DNA of 28,091 nucleotides from Candidatus Thorarchaeota archaeon. GTDB lineage: Archaea; Asgardarchaeota; Thorarchaeia; Thorarchaeales; Thorarchaeaceae. This document shows positions 1-12,930 of this stretch, piece after piece. The position numbers and the translations under genes were made by a program. Position 1 is the stretch's first letter. Each line of letters starts with the position of its first letter. The stretch lies in the NCBI GenBank assembly GCA_003345555.1, contig PRDJ01000047.1:1-28091 (forward strand), given 5' to 3'. Below the pieces are notes generated by a model. That model was not told where the DNA came from. It did no database searches and saw nothing but the letters and a program-made list of their open reading frames with translations.

Positions 1-324
1 CACTTTGTGCGACAGCATTATCTCCCATTGACCAATCTTCACTTCTTGAAGCGCATTCGACAAGGGATAGAGCAGAAGCATTGCCCAGAGGTACATCATG
101 GCACCTCGCATCAGTCCCGGGAATATGAACATCAATAAATCCCGAACCGTTGACATGGGGATGATGCCACCAATAATCAACCCGACGACAATAGGTGCAA
201 CCACTATGGCCCATAAAATCGCGAGAGCAAAGACAGCTCCGACATAAATCGGCCTATGCTTCCTCATGCTTGCTGTCAATACAAAGTACTCAGCCTTCGC
301 AATGTGGTACCAAGTATGAATCAC
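1..324 (-). CDS. ABC transporter permease-like membrane protein, N-terminal part (runs off the window edge)
   Basis: Not in the ORF track. Manual translation from GTG 324 is open to position 1: VIHTWYHIAKAEYFVLTASMRKHRPIYVGAVFALAILWAIVVAPIVVGLIIGG...LQEVKIGQWEIMLSHKV, with hydrophobic TM segments. An SD (GGAGGTGA) overlaps the stop of the upstream ABC ATPase. Confidence 0.75.
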   Translation of the reverse strand, partial: MIHTWYHIAKAEYFVLTASMRKHRPIYVGAVFALAILWAIVVAPIVVGLIIGGIIPMSTVRDLLMFIFPGLMRGAMMYLWAMLLLYPLSNALQEVKIGQWEIMLSHKV

Positions 325-328
325 AATT

Positions 329-1108
329 TCACCTCCAGGATAGTAGCTTTTCACGATCAACCTTTCCGCCTACAATCCTAAGGTATGCGTCCTCGAGATC
401 GTGAGCTCCTACCGATTCCACTATGCTCCCAGGCGGACCCACAGTAACGAGCTGACCTCCAACGAGAAGACCGATTACATCGCATACCTCCTCGGCGAAC
501 GATGTCTGATGTGTGCAGATGAAGAAAGTCGTACTGGTCTCTTCCGCAAGGGCAAGAATCAGATCCTTGACAAGGACCGCGGTACTTGGATCCAAACGGG
601 CGGTTGGCTCGTCTAGGAAAACCAGTTTCGGTTCGCTCAGTAGTGTAGATGCTACGAGCACCTTCTGTTTCATACCGGACGAATATGACTCAAGCAAATC
701 ATCTTGTCGGCCTTCGAGCCCAAGCATCGAGAGCAATTTCTGAATCCTATGATCCAAGACAGATCCGCCCATACCCTTCAGTGCACCTACAAACTTCAGA
801 AACTCCACAGCTGAAAGCTTGGAGTAGAGGCCTGCAGTCTCAGGAAGTAGAGCTGTCACGGTCTTGATATCGTCCCTCTGCGTGCCGATGTCCAAACCGC
901 ATACCTCTGCACTGCCACTTGTGGGTTTCAAGAGCCCCGCTAGCATCCGCACAGTGGTCGTCTTTCCAGCTCCGTTCGGGCCCAGGAACCCGAATCTGGT
1001 ACCACAGGGCACATCCAAGTCCAAATCCCTGACAGCCTGGACAAGCCCGAAGACCTTGTTCAGGCGAATGGTTTTGATGCAAACACTGTTACTCGTCAAC
1101 GTTTTCAC
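329..1108 (-). CDS. ABC transporter ATP-binding protein (ABC-2/CcmA-like)
   Basis: Walker A GPNGAGKTT, signature YSSGMKQK, Walker B VFLDEPT, H-loop ICTH. The true start may be TTG 1099, since AGGTGA upstream fits an SD. Confidence 0.95.
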   Translation of the reverse strand: MKTLTSNSVCIKTIRLNKVFGLVQAVRDLDLDVPCGTRFGFLGPNGAGKTTTVRMLAGLLKPTSGSAEVCGLDIGTQRDDIKTVTALLPETAGLYSKLSAVEFLKFVGALKGMGGSVLDHRIQKLLSMLGLEGRQDDLLESYSSGMKQKVLVASTLLSEPKLVFLDEPTARLDPSTAVLVKDLILALAEETSTTFFICTHQTSFAEEVCDVIGLLVGGQLVTVGPPGSIVESVGAHDLEDAYLRIVGGKVDREKLLSWR

Positions 1109-1113
1109 CTATG

Positions 1114-1204
1114 AAATCTTTACCGATTTCTCCACCATCATATACCGCGAAGTTTATATATAAATCTTTACCATAGAGTAATCAACAATTACCACAACGG
1201 GTAA
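1114..1204. promoter_or_regulatory. Divergent promoter region with palindromic TATA element and putative operator repeats
   Basis: Palindrome TTTATATATAAA at 1153-1164. Direct repeat AAATCTTTACC at 1114-1124 and 1162-1172. Inverted repeats TTAC-N6-GTAA (1168-1181) and TTACC-N6-GGTAA (1189-1204). Confidence 0.6.
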
Positions 1205-1218
1205 ATCGCATAATCACG

Positions 1219-1746
1219 ATGCGCGAGGATCGTAACATGGGACTGCTCTCGGACCACGAGGAAATCGTGTGGCGTGAATTCCAGCATGGACACAGCACCA
1301 GCGAGATCGCTCAAAGTAATGAGGATGTTGGAAGGGGAGGCTCAGCATACGTATCTCGTGTGCTCAACAGAGCTCGAGAGAAGATTGCCAAGACACTCAA
1401 GAGCCACGCCGAAAGCCACCGGCTCGACATCGAAAGTATCCTAGACTATAAGGGGCTGCTGATAGGATTCGACTATCAAGCAAACGCCCAAGTCTATATT
1501 GTCTTCACCTTGGAACTCGGAGTAATAGTGTGGTACAAGCATGACTCCTACGCAGGCAAACTGTGTCCTGATTGCCCCAAGGAAGAAGAATGCAGGAAGA
1601 CACTGGACACTATCATGGAAGAGTATGCCATAACATTGAGACCTGACGAACAGGCTCTGCCCATGACTCAGCAGTCAGTTGCGATATTCAACAAGCTAGC
1701 GGCAAAGGAGGTTCCCCGCTACAAGAGAAAGACAGATTCTGCATAA
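1219..1746 (+). CDS. HTH DNA-binding regulator with C-terminal Cys cluster
   Basis: N-terminal HTH-like segment (STSEIAQ...SAYVSRVLNRAREKI) and a C-terminal CPDCP-x4-C motif. Alternative start at ATG 1237. Confidence 0.65.
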   Translation: MREDRNMGLLSDHEEIVWREFQHGHSTSEIAQSNEDVGRGGSAYVSRVLNRAREKIAKTLKSHAESHRLDIESILDYKGLLIGFDYQANAQVYIVFTLELGVIVWYKHDSYAGKLCPDCPKEEECRKTLDTIMEEYAITLRPDEQALPMTQQSVAIFNKLAAKEVPRYKRKTDSA

Positions 1747-1757
1747 GGTGAGACAAA

Positions 1758-2498
1758 ATGGGTAGTGAAACAGAAGCGAAGGTTATCAGGCCACCGCTCG
1801 AAGTGGTGACCAGCGGCAAAGTATTCAGGCCGTCGAAAGCATTTAGGAACAAGTACTGGGCAATCGAGCTCATTGTTGGCTTCCTTTTTTGGGCAATACA
1901 ATCCCTAGGGCTTATGGGGGTTGCGTTCTTAATATCGATAACAGAACCCAGCGAGATCCCGAACTACGCTTATTTCCTTGCCACGACCTGGCAGCTAGTG
2001 AACTATTGGGTTCTGATTATCGACTTAATCTGGCTGATTCCGGCTTTGATGATCACGCCAATCTATGTAAGATCAATAGAGTACTCCGTTACGGGACAAT
2101 CTGGAGAAACCTTGCCTGAGATATACGTCAAGAAAGGTATCATCAACATCACTCGAAAACACGTTCCATTTAGAACTATCACAAACATCTCGAGCAGGGC
2201 AGGACCGTTTGACAGAGCGTTTGGAATCGGCACGGTTGAGATAGAGACCGCAGGTTACTCAGGTCCACAACACCGAGGCCCAGAAGAAAAACTCGAGGGA
2301 ATCAAGTTTTACGAAGAAGTAAGAGACTTCATCCTGAGAGAACTCAGAAGGTTCCGTGAGCCATATACTCTTACGACAGAGGTTGTTAGACCTCATGAAG
2401 AACCCGCTTCGAAGATAGTTGGTGCTGCCGACGACGAGATGGTTCGGATTCTTCGGGAGATTCGAGACTTGCTAAAGGATCAGAGAGCGAAGTCATAG
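1758..2498 (+). CDS. Bacterial PH-domain (bPH_2/YdbS-like) membrane protein
   Basis: Two TM segments followed by IYVKKGIINITRKHVPFRTITNISSRAGPFDRAFGIGTVEIETAG, typical of bPH_2. Confidence 0.85.
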   Translation: MGSETEAKVIRPPLEVVTSGKVFRPSKAFRNKYWAIELIVGFLFWAIQSLGLMGVAFLISITEPSEIPNYAYFLATTWQLVNYWVLIIDLIWLIPALMITPIYVRSIEYSVTGQSGETLPEIYVKKGIINITRKHVPFRTITNISSRAGPFDRAFGIGTVEIETAGYSGPQHRGPEEKLEGIKFYEEVRDFILRELRRFREPYTLTTEVVRPHEEPASKIVGAADDEMVRILREIRDLLKDQRAKS

Positions 2499-2505
2499 GG
2501 AACAA

Positions 2506-3246
2506 TCACGTGCTCGCTTCGTGAATAGCGACAACTCCGAACATCATGTGATGATAACGGACATCGTGGAAACCGGCCTCACGAATCGTCTCCGACAACT
2601 CTGCTGCGTTATAGAACTGACTCGCTGTCGAAGACAAGTAGGCATAGCCGGATCTGGAACCTGATATTCTTCCTCCTACGCCCCTTACGAACAGGCAAGC
2701 ATACGTGTGGAACAGCCATCGAACAATCTTGGACTGTGGTTGGCTAGTCTCTAGGCTAACAAAGAGTCCACCGGGTTTCAGAACTCGATGGAACTCCTTG
2801 AAAGTCTGAGCCAGTGTTAGATGGGAGTGACGGATGTTTCGGACTCCAAATGAAACCGTGATAACATCAACCGAGCCATCAAGAACGGGCAGGATTCTTG
2901 CGTCTGCAAGCAGGAGTATAGTCCGGTCCATTCCCGGCTTTTTTCTGGCCTTGCGTAGCATCGGCCAACTGAAGTCCAGGCCAAGTACCTTGGTCTCATC
3001 GGTGGCAAGGTGAGCTAGGTCTGCTACCATATCGCCAGTCCCGCAGCAAACATCAATCCAGATGCCACTTCTGTCGGCGGCGGATGCAGCGGCTCTTTCT
3101 CGCCAACCTCGATCTAGACCAAAGGTAAGGATGCGGTTGATGAGATCATAAGTGGGAGAAACCTTTGCGAACAGCCTCTGTACGGCAGTGCTCATTGCTT
3201 TCATCTCGATATCATTTGACCGCGGGAAACAAGTGGGGCGCCTCAT
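2506..3246 (-). CDS. ubiE: UbiE/MenG-family SAM-dependent methyltransferase
   Basis: LFAKVSPTYDLINRILTFGLDRGWR, DVCCGTGD, ITVSFGVRNI, FHRVLKPGG, GYAYLSST. The real start is probably ATG 3204 or 3195. Confidence 0.85.
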   Translation of the reverse strand: MRRPTCFPRSNDIEMKAMSTAVQRLFAKVSPTYDLINRILTFGLDRGWRERAAASAADRSGIWIDVCCGTGDMVADLAHLATDETKVLGLDFSWPMLRKARKKPGMDRTILLLADARILPVLDGSVDVITVSFGVRNIRHSHLTLAQTFKEFHRVLKPGGLFVSLETSQPQSKIVRWLFHTYACLFVRGVGGRISGSRSGYAYLSSTASQFYNAAELSETIREAGFHDVRYHHMMFGVVAIHEAST

Positions 3247-3332
3247 CCATCTTGTCGTGGGATGGACACATTGAGATGCCCCGACTCAGACAATAGCAGG
3301 TGAGTTCACCTGCTACAATGTATGCTCCGTCT

Positions 3333-4370
3333 TCACTTGCTCTCCTGTGTGAGAACATATGCAACATTGGCGCCCGTCTGAACAGCCTGCAGACCAGTGT
3401 TCGTGCCCAGGATGTCACCGCAGGGATATGCCCATGTATATCCATCAGCCGGCATTTTCACTCTCTCAATCACATCGCCATACAGGTCGTAAATCTCCGC
3501 AAAGACCTCATCCTTCTTCATGAACTCACCGGGCTTCTTCAGGAAGCGAATGAGCCCTCCTCTATTGGCTCGAACGATGCCCCACTCCTTGCATGGCCCC
3601 GGTATGATTTTGATTCCTTGCTGTGGCTCGATTTGGCCATCTATCATGTCGAAAGCTTTCATGATGTTGAGGACGCCCCTCACACCGACAGTTGTTGATG
3701 GTTCGGATATCCAACGACCGTCTATGAGCTCCATGAGGAGATCTGGTACCCCCTTCTTCGCCACCAAGTTTGATAGTATGGGAGGCGCATCATCCTTCAA
3801 TGGCTCATTAACGACTAGCGTGGTTACCCCGAATGCTTTCGCCATTCTTTCCATCTTTTCCTTCGTCTTGGGGTTGCCAATGTTGATTTCTTGAAATATG
3901 ATAGAATCTGGTCTGGTATTGCAGTGAATATTGATAACTAGGTCTGCCTTGCTCCATGCCTCTTGCCATAGCGCGTAGGCAAGTCTCTCAGTAGCTGTAC
4001 CGTTGGGCTTGTCGGCAGTTAGCAGACTGCCGCTACCGCCGCCCCCTAGATCCAGATTGTCAATCCAAGACAGGTATTGGTGATGCATGTAAGCCAGAGG
4101 GTTCTCAACCGGAATTCCTATGATTGCTCCCCTGAGCTTCTTGGGATCGACCTTTTCTCTCATGACTCTGAGGACAACCTCAGTTCCTTGGATTTCTATC
4201 CCGTGTTGTGTGGAAACCACAAGCAGGGTAGGACCATCTTTCATCCCGTTCATGACAAGAACGGGAATATCGATGCTTGTCGTGGTGTTGAGTTCTATTC
4301 CCTTTATGACACCCTTTTGCAGTTCTCCACGTTTTGCAGTGGCAGTCCCGACGGTGATCTTCTCCGGCAT
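3333..4370 (-). CDS. Succinylglutamate desuccinylase/aspartoacylase-family (M14-like) zinc hydrolase
   Basis: Zn motif QHGIE, later NIHC, and a C-terminal barrel (ANRGGLIRFLKKPGE). Start moved to ATG 4370 (MPEKITVG), which has a GAGGT SD. Confidence 0.9.
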   Translation of the reverse strand: MPEKITVGTATAKRGELQKGVIKGIELNTTTSIDIPVLVMNGMKDGPTLLVVSTQHGIEIQGTEVVLRVMREKVDPKKLRGAIIGIPVENPLAYMHHQYLSWIDNLDLGGGGSGSLLTADKPNGTATERLAYALWQEAWSKADLVINIHCNTRPDSIIFQEINIGNPKTKEKMERMAKAFGVTTLVVNEPLKDDAPPILSNLVAKKGVPDLLMELIDGRWISEPSTTVGVRGVLNIMKAFDMIDGQIEPQQGIKIIPGPCKEWGIVRANRGGLIRFLKKPGEFMKKDEVFAEIYDLYGDVIERVKMPADGYTWAYPCGDILGTNTGLQAVQTGANVAYVLTQESK

Positions 4371-4473
4371 TATCGTTACCTCGCGCCGGGGCGCGATACT
4401 CGCCAAGACATAACCCTTGTGCACTGTCCGTAATCAGCAACGGGTGTACGACCCCGGTGGGTGTGTTTGCGCC

Positions 4474-4791
4474 CTACGCTCGAGTAACCTCTACCTCCGC
4501 AGTATGTCGATACTTGAAACTGACTGACTTCGGGGTTCTTTGCGAAGCCACCGGTCGAGTCTTGAGAGAACTCATTACCACACTGAACGATAACGCAGGC
4601 ATACTGGCTTTCAGTCTGGCTTCCAGTACCTCAACTTGCGGATTAGCTGTCGGAGTGTCCCAGATGAATTCATAGAAGAAAATCGTCTTGGACATGTACT
4701 TGCTCCGAACATCCTCTAGCATGATTTTGTCCGGTTGCAGAACGAGCTTCATGTAGTCCTTCCGTTGGTAAAGCGGACCGGCAAGACTCAA
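4474..4791 (-). CDS. Small hypothetical protein (105 aa)
   Basis: TTG start with GAGGT about 9 nt upstream. It fills an otherwise empty gap in the same orientation as the M14 gene. No recognisable motif. Confidence 0.4.
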   Translation of the reverse strand: MSLAGPLYQRKDYMKLVLQPDKIMLEDVRSKYMSKTIFFYEFIWDTPTANPQVEVLEARLKASMPALSFSVVMSSLKTRPVASQRTPKSVSFKYRHTAEVEVTRA

Positions 4792-4953
4792 CGAGACTTG
4801 ACCTCAGTTCCCCAACCCTGCAGCCCGGCCCATAAACTAATCGACTTCGGGCTCAGACACGATGCTTGGAATAGCTGTCGAAACCACAGACCTTGGTCCA
4901 CAAGGTTTTTGCAGTTGATTGTTTGATTGTAGAGGCATCTTGAAGGTGGCTTC

Positions 4954-5802
4954 ATGAAAGCGTTTGTTTCTGTCGATTTGGAGGGTATGCCTTATGTCGT
5001 CATACCCGGACATCTCAGTCTGAAAGGGGTCATGTACAACGAAGCGAGACAAATCGCGACGAAAGTCACTCTCATCGTGGCCGAGGAACTGCATGATAAT
5101 GGAGTGGACGAGGTTGTCATTGCTGACAGTCATGGTCCGATGGTTAACTTGCTGACAGACAGTCTGCCAGACTATGTGGAACTAATCAGAGGATATCCTC
5201 GCCCGACGTCTATGCTTTCAGGCATTGAAGGGTGCGATGCGGCTTTGTTTCTAGGATACCACGCAAAGGCTGGCACCATGAGATCTATCTTCGACCACAC
5301 CTATAGTAGTCTTTCCATAAGCCGTCTAGAAATCAATCGTATCGAATCCAGTGAATTCCTTCTCAATGCCTACGGCGCAGGAGATCTAAAGGTTCCAGTC
5401 ATACTCGTTGCTGGAGACCACCAGCTGATTGAAGACGATGTCAAGAAATATTCCCCGTGGGTGGAGACTGTTGCTCTCAAACGGTCTGTTAGTAGAGCGG
5501 CGGCCAGGAGCTTTGGGATCAGCAGAATTGAGAGGGAACTGCGAGCAGGTGTGAAGAGAGCACTAACGAACGTGAGAGAACAAAGAGCAAAGCTTCTCGT
5601 TGCAGAACGCCCCGTCAAGATGAAGGTGACTTTTCAATCAGCATACTTTGCCGACGCAGCTGAAATGTTGCCCATCGTCAAGAGGATTGACGGTTTGAAC
5701 GTGGAATTCACAGCCAGTAACATGACCGAAGCGTACAATCTTTTTGAACTACTGTGCCTTGCATCAGTCGGAGTGGACGCAATCAAGAAAGACCAATCAT
5801 GA
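4954..5802 (+). CDS. dppA: D-aminopeptidase DppA (peptidase M55)
   Basis: FVSVDLEG (DxE), ADSHGPMVN, FLGYHAKAGT, FDHTYSS, ILVAGD. Confidence 0.93.
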   Translation: MKAFVSVDLEGMPYVVIPGHLSLKGVMYNEARQIATKVTLIVAEELHDNGVDEVVIADSHGPMVNLLTDSLPDYVELIRGYPRPTSMLSGIEGCDAALFLGYHAKAGTMRSIFDHTYSSLSISRLEINRIESSEFLLNAYGAGDLKVPVILVAGDHQLIEDDVKKYSPWVETVALKRSVSRAAARSFGISRIERELRAGVKRALTNVREQRAKLLVAERPVKMKVTFQSAYFADAAEMLPIVKRIDGLNVEFTASNMTEAYNLFELLCLASVGVDAIKKDQS

Positions 5803-5829
5803 CTCTAGGAACTCTCATTTCTGGCAGTG

Positions 5830-7119
5830 TCATTGTGGGCCGTCCTTATCTTCTGCCGTGTGATCTCGTCTGAACAGCCTTCCTCTGAAAGCACGTCTCG
5901 CTTGGGTCAGGAAAGAAGAGAGAAGGCGGGCGGGAGGAACGACCATACCTAGGACAATTCTAAGCATCTTCCCTTCCATTGTAGCTCGCTCAGGGTATCC
6001 TATGTAAGACAAGGTGTGCTCGTTCAAGATATCCTGCACAGCCGTCGCAAAGGCCTGTTTTGCGAGCTCTGATATGTCAATGCCCCGGAATAACTCACTT
6101 TGGCTGAACGTTCTTTCCTCCATGACACTCTTCCACTTCAGGTATTTTGCTCTCTCAAGAACAGAATCCAAGCTTTCTGCAAGCTCCTTGACATAAGGAA
6201 TCAGAGCACGTTCACGTTCCGTTGGCATCGGCTGGGACTCAAGTTTTCGACGAACGCCCTGAACAAACGGAAGCTGGTTTGCAGGCGGCCTGAACCATGA
6301 CACGTGAAGCAGACCCTTAACTTCGCGCATAGTAAGCCTGTCCCGTTCTTCGATTTCCGGAGGGACTTTGTCCGACATTACCTCCTTCACTCTTGCAGCC
6401 GCACCTTCGCCGAGTTCCTTCCACTTTTGTTCAAGATCAATCACTGCCTTGGCATAACGATGGATATTGATGCTAAGCTTCGTTTCCATATCTTCTGCAG
6501 TGACGACTCCGACTTCCTTCAGTGCAAACGATCGATTGCCGCTCGCAGGATTCCAAAACCTTTGAATGATGGTCGACAACCCTCCTCTTGACGACGGGAG
6601 TTCTAGGCGAAGAGCATGATCTCCAGGTTGTGCAACGATGTAACAGGCTCGAAGTGCAGCATCAATTGTCCCGAAGCTGGTCAGATCGACCGGGAACAAA
6701 TCCATCGCACCGTGGCCTGAGGTCGACCAACAAGAGATTCTTCCAGTCTTGGTATCCTGCTCGATGATTATCCGCTCTTTGTCTCCCAGATGATCAAATT
6801 GGGCAGTGAAACCTTTGCTATAGGCCATTACTGCATACAGCACGCGGCGCTCTGTTTCGGGCTTCAGACCGGGCATTCTCAAGACAAGACCAATTGTCTC
6901 GAGGGGTTCCCCTTCCGCCAGCCATGACCCGGTTGTCTGATCCCACTCCCATCGATCACCTAGACTGTAGAAAAGCTCGCGAAGACTGCGCAAGTCGGTT
7001 GCCTCCTTTGCCGTCTTCAGAGTCGATTCCTCCCAAGAATGATAACGCCTTCTAAGCCGCGCCATGCCTTTCGCTTCTGTTTCGAGCCACCGGGCGTCGA
7101 CTCTCAGTCTAATCTTCAT
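5830..7119 (-). CDS. Hypothetical protein (429 aa)
   Basis: Long open frame with natural soluble-protein composition and a helical C-terminal half. No family recognised. Confidence 0.8.
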   Translation of the reverse strand: MKIRLRVDARWLETEAKGMARLRRRYHSWEESTLKTAKEATDLRSLRELFYSLGDRWEWDQTTGSWLAEGEPLETIGLVLRMPGLKPETERRVLYAVMAYSKGFTAQFDHLGDKERIIIEQDTKTGRISCWSTSGHGAMDLFPVDLTSFGTIDAALRACYIVAQPGDHALRLELPSSRGGLSTIIQRFWNPASGNRSFALKEVGVVTAEDMETKLSINIHRYAKAVIDLEQKWKELGEGAAARVKEVMSDKVPPEIEERDRLTMREVKGLLHVSWFRPPANQLPFVQGVRRKLESQPMPTERERALIPYVKELAESLDSVLERAKYLKWKSVMEERTFSQSELFRGIDISELAKQAFATAVQDILNEHTLSYIGYPERATMEGKMLRIVLGMVVPPARLLSSFLTQARRAFRGRLFRRDHTAEDKDGPQ

Positions 7120-7510
7120 CCGAATCTCGTCCTCAATGTGTCAAGTCCTTTTGAATTTCATCATATATGCGCTGCCAACTAAGTTACGCACTCACATATG
7201 CTCAGTCAATCGAGCGTGTCTCCACTACGTATTGATAGGACTCGATTGGAACGTCAGTTCGGAAGCTTGCATCGAACGGTACACCGGTGGTCAGATTCAG
7301 GGGTTGAATAGCAGCTACATTCAGGAAAAGTCGTTCACTCCGTAACAATCTGCTCGCAACGGCTTGATTCTTCTCATCGGTATGTGGTTCATGAACTTTG
7401 GCCAAGTCTAGGTAGGGCCAGCGGCCTCGGTTGGTGCCACATTCACTTATTTGCCAATCTAGCGGTAATAGAACGGTTCTTGGTGTGAATGATATAGGAA
7501 GACCATCTGC

Positions 7511-9139
7511 ATGTCGGATCGAACAACACCGCAGAGAGACTCAGACGGAAACACCGATTCCGAGAGAGTCCCACAGGACGTCACCTGCGAAGCTGAAGAT
7601 TCTCGACAGAGTAGTCGCCTTCTCTATCTTATGAACAGAGTTCTCGAAGAATCACTCGTCTGCAGAAGCGTCGCTGAGGTAGCCAGTCTCGGGCTGGAAC
7701 TTGCTGAGGAACTGACTCAGTCCTCCTATGGCGTGGTCGTAGAGGTCGATGGTCAAGGAAGACCTACAATCATAGCGCAGAGTTCTCTTCCCGGCACATC
7801 ACATCACGGCCAAGAACTCGATTCTGGACTGTCAAAGCCAAGTCTTCAAGCGACCGGGCCTTGGAAGGAGTTGTTGTCATCGACAGGCCCTGTGCTTTTC
7901 GAGGGCAGTTCCATCAAGGAATTCCTCGTCATGCCTTCAACGTACACAGTGTCCGGATCAGTCTTGGGCGTTTCGCTGAGACAGAGTGACGGGGTCTTTG
8001 GAGCGATGGTTGTGGGACGACGCAGTGGCATCTGCGACGCGTCTGCAACAAGGAACTTGGATTCGTTTAGCATCTCATTCACTCGGGCGCTGGTTCACAG
8101 GAGAGCTCTGGACGCACTCGAGAAGAGGGAACAGGACTATAGGAACCTAGTTGACTCGCTTCCCGATGCGTTTTCTATTACGGCGCTTGATGAGAGACTG
8201 ATACTTGTCAACAAAGCCTTCGCCGACATGCTAGGCTACCGGCAAGACGAACTCATAGGCAAGACAGTCTTGGAGCTGACAGATCCCAAAGAGTTGGATC
8301 TCGTCTTATCTCAGACCGGGCAACGACGAAAGGGAGAAAGTTCTGTTTACGAGCTGAAGATGCTGCACAAGGATGGTCACACGTGCATAGTGAGAGTATC
8401 AGCGATCCCTGCAAGGGATGAAAGTGGTTCCATCACCGGGATATTAACCGGATGTACCGACGTAACAGGCTATCGGCAGATGGAAGCCCAACTTCAACAA
8501 CAGAAAAGGGAGACGGAGCTCTATGCTTCACTCCTGAAACATGATGTCGCAAACGATCTTCAGGCTGTGCTAGGCTATCTTGAGGCCGCGCTCATGTTCT
8601 ATGGAGACATGGGTCCTGCAACAAAACAGATGGTCGAGTCAGCTCTCGCAGCAGCAGAGAGGATGGGACGCCTAGTAAAGGCGTTTGGCAGCCTCAGCAC
8701 CACGACTCATTTTGACATAGCTACAGTGCTCAAGGAGACCACCGCTGATGCAGTGAAAGTCAATAGGCAGCTAACCGTCAACTTGGTAGTTTCTCCCGAG
8801 GCCGAGAAACTGACTGTTGCTGGTGGAGCACTATTGCCCATGACCTTTGAGAATCTGCTTAGAAACGCCGCCCAGCACGCAGGTGATAACCCCGTTGTTG
8901 ATGTTACTCTCTCAAGGAGACGCGGATTTGCCGAGATTCTTGTGTCGGACAATGGACCTGGTGTGCCCGAAGACATAAGGAAAACACTATTCACAAGAGG
9001 ACTTTCTTCCTCTGAGCACGGAGTAGGTCTGTATATCGCCAAACAAGTGGTAGTGGCATGTGGGGGGTCAATTGAGCTTCTAGACGGTGAACAGGGAAGA
9101 GGGGCTACGTTCAGAGTACTTCTGCCCGTTGCTCCCTGA
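7511..9139 (+). CDS. GAF-PAS sensor histidine kinase (orphan in this window)
   Basis: GAF-like N-terminus, PAS/PAC (LVDSLPDAFSITALDERLILVNKAFADMLGY...HKDGH), H-box LKHDVAN, N-box ENLLRNAAQH, G1 DNGPG, G2 GVGLY. Confidence 0.93.
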   Translation: MSDRTTPQRDSDGNTDSERVPQDVTCEAEDSRQSSRLLYLMNRVLEESLVCRSVAEVASLGLELAEELTQSSYGVVVEVDGQGRPTIIAQSSLPGTSHHGQELDSGLSKPSLQATGPWKELLSSTGPVLFEGSSIKEFLVMPSTYTVSGSVLGVSLRQSDGVFGAMVVGRRSGICDASATRNLDSFSISFTRALVHRRALDALEKREQDYRNLVDSLPDAFSITALDERLILVNKAFADMLGYRQDELIGKTVLELTDPKELDLVLSQTGQRRKGESSVYELKMLHKDGHTCIVRVSAIPARDESGSITGILTGCTDVTGYRQMEAQLQQQKRETELYASLLKHDVANDLQAVLGYLEAALMFYGDMGPATKQMVESALAAAERMGRLVKAFGSLSTTTHFDIATVLKETTADAVKVNRQLTVNLVVSPEAEKLTVAGGALLPMTFENLLRNAAQHAGDNPVVDVTLSRRRGFAEILVSDNGPGVPEDIRKTLFTRGLSSSEHGVGLYIAKQVVVACGGSIELLDGEQGRGATFRVLLPVAP

Positions 9140-9329
9140 ATTCACATCAGCGACCTTACAAGGGTTGGTCAATAGATTGAGAAAACATGGACTATCTGCT
9201 TTCGTTGCCATTCTTCGCCAGCCTCTCTTCCAAGCCGAATGGCTCCCACCTTCACACAGGTGACCCGGCGTAAAGAATCCATCCACTATGAGGCATCACG
9301 ACGTTATTACAGAAACAGGATAGACACAT

Positions 9330-9357
9330 CAGAGGATGGAGATATTTCATTCCTTGG
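9330..9357 (-). other. 3' arm of the pre-23S processing stem
   Basis: CAGAGGATGGAGATATTTCATTCCTTGG is the near-perfect inverted repeat of 12544-12571 (13-bp and 9-bp perfect arms around an imperfect 6-nt centre). Confidence 0.85.
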
Positions 9358-9389
9358 ACGACTCTAGGTACTGCACGAGTTACACTTTG

Positions 9390-12474
<3,085 letters not shown>

Positions 12475-12543
12475 CTACTTATGTAACCAGCACAGTATTA
12501 CCTGTCGTGTAGTCGATACTACACAGCATGACTAAGCATGCTG

Positions 12544-12571
12544 CCAAGGAATTGTATGTCTCCATCCTCTG
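12544..12571 (-). other. 5' arm of the pre-23S processing stem, within a highly structured leader (about 12475-12740)
   Basis: Pairs with 9330-9357. The leader also has hairpins GTGTAGT-N4-ACTACAC, AGCATG-N6-CATGCT and GCGCGCA...TGCGCGC. Confidence 0.85.
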
Positions 12572-12762
12572 CAGTCTCAGCCCGCGACTCTCTAGGTGCA
12601 CGGCACCAAGTCGCGCGCGTTGACGGTCCACCACCGGGAAAGACACCTATCTCATGGTCGGGTCCCGATGGACCTTAATCCGGGATCATTGATTCCGGAC
12701 TTCGGACCCCTGCGCGCACACCTCTGCAAGGAATGCGCGCCTCCGCAGCCTTCTGGGCTTTG

Positions 12763-12778
12763 GATTTAAGCTTTCCTC
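12763..12778 (-). promoter_or_regulatory. BRE-TATA promoter for the 23S rRNA gene
   Basis: The minus strand reads GAGGAAAG-CTTAAATC, matching the archaeal stable-RNA promoter pattern. It lies about 290 nt upstream of the mature 5' end. Confidence 0.65.
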
Positions 12779-12930
12779 TGAGTCGAGATTCACCAGAATG
12801 GCACATGGACGACCTGCCATAGCCGTCCAACAACACCTTCTCTACTCGACTCGCGAGAAGCAAAACAACTATGTCCAGTTACCAAATAAAGCTTGTGACA
12901 TGGAGCGGCAGAATCTGAGCTGGTTCAGAT

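Noticed and set aside
4792-4833. Selenocysteine read-through of in-frame TGA (4804-4806) extending the 105-aa ORF to ATG 4833
   Set aside because: The context MGRAAGLGN*GQV has no redox motif and I recognised no SECIS. The GAGGT overlapping the TGA is better explained as the SD for TTG 4791.
7202-7405. 67-aa minus-strand ORF
   Set aside because: TTG start without an SD and no motif. It lies in the divergent promoter gap and cannot be supported, though it is not excluded.
9140-9330. 5S rRNA or tRNA downstream of 23S (and a tRNA in the 12475-12740 leader)
   Set aside because: No 5S consensus, no cloverleaf and no T-loop (GTTCRA) were found on either strand.
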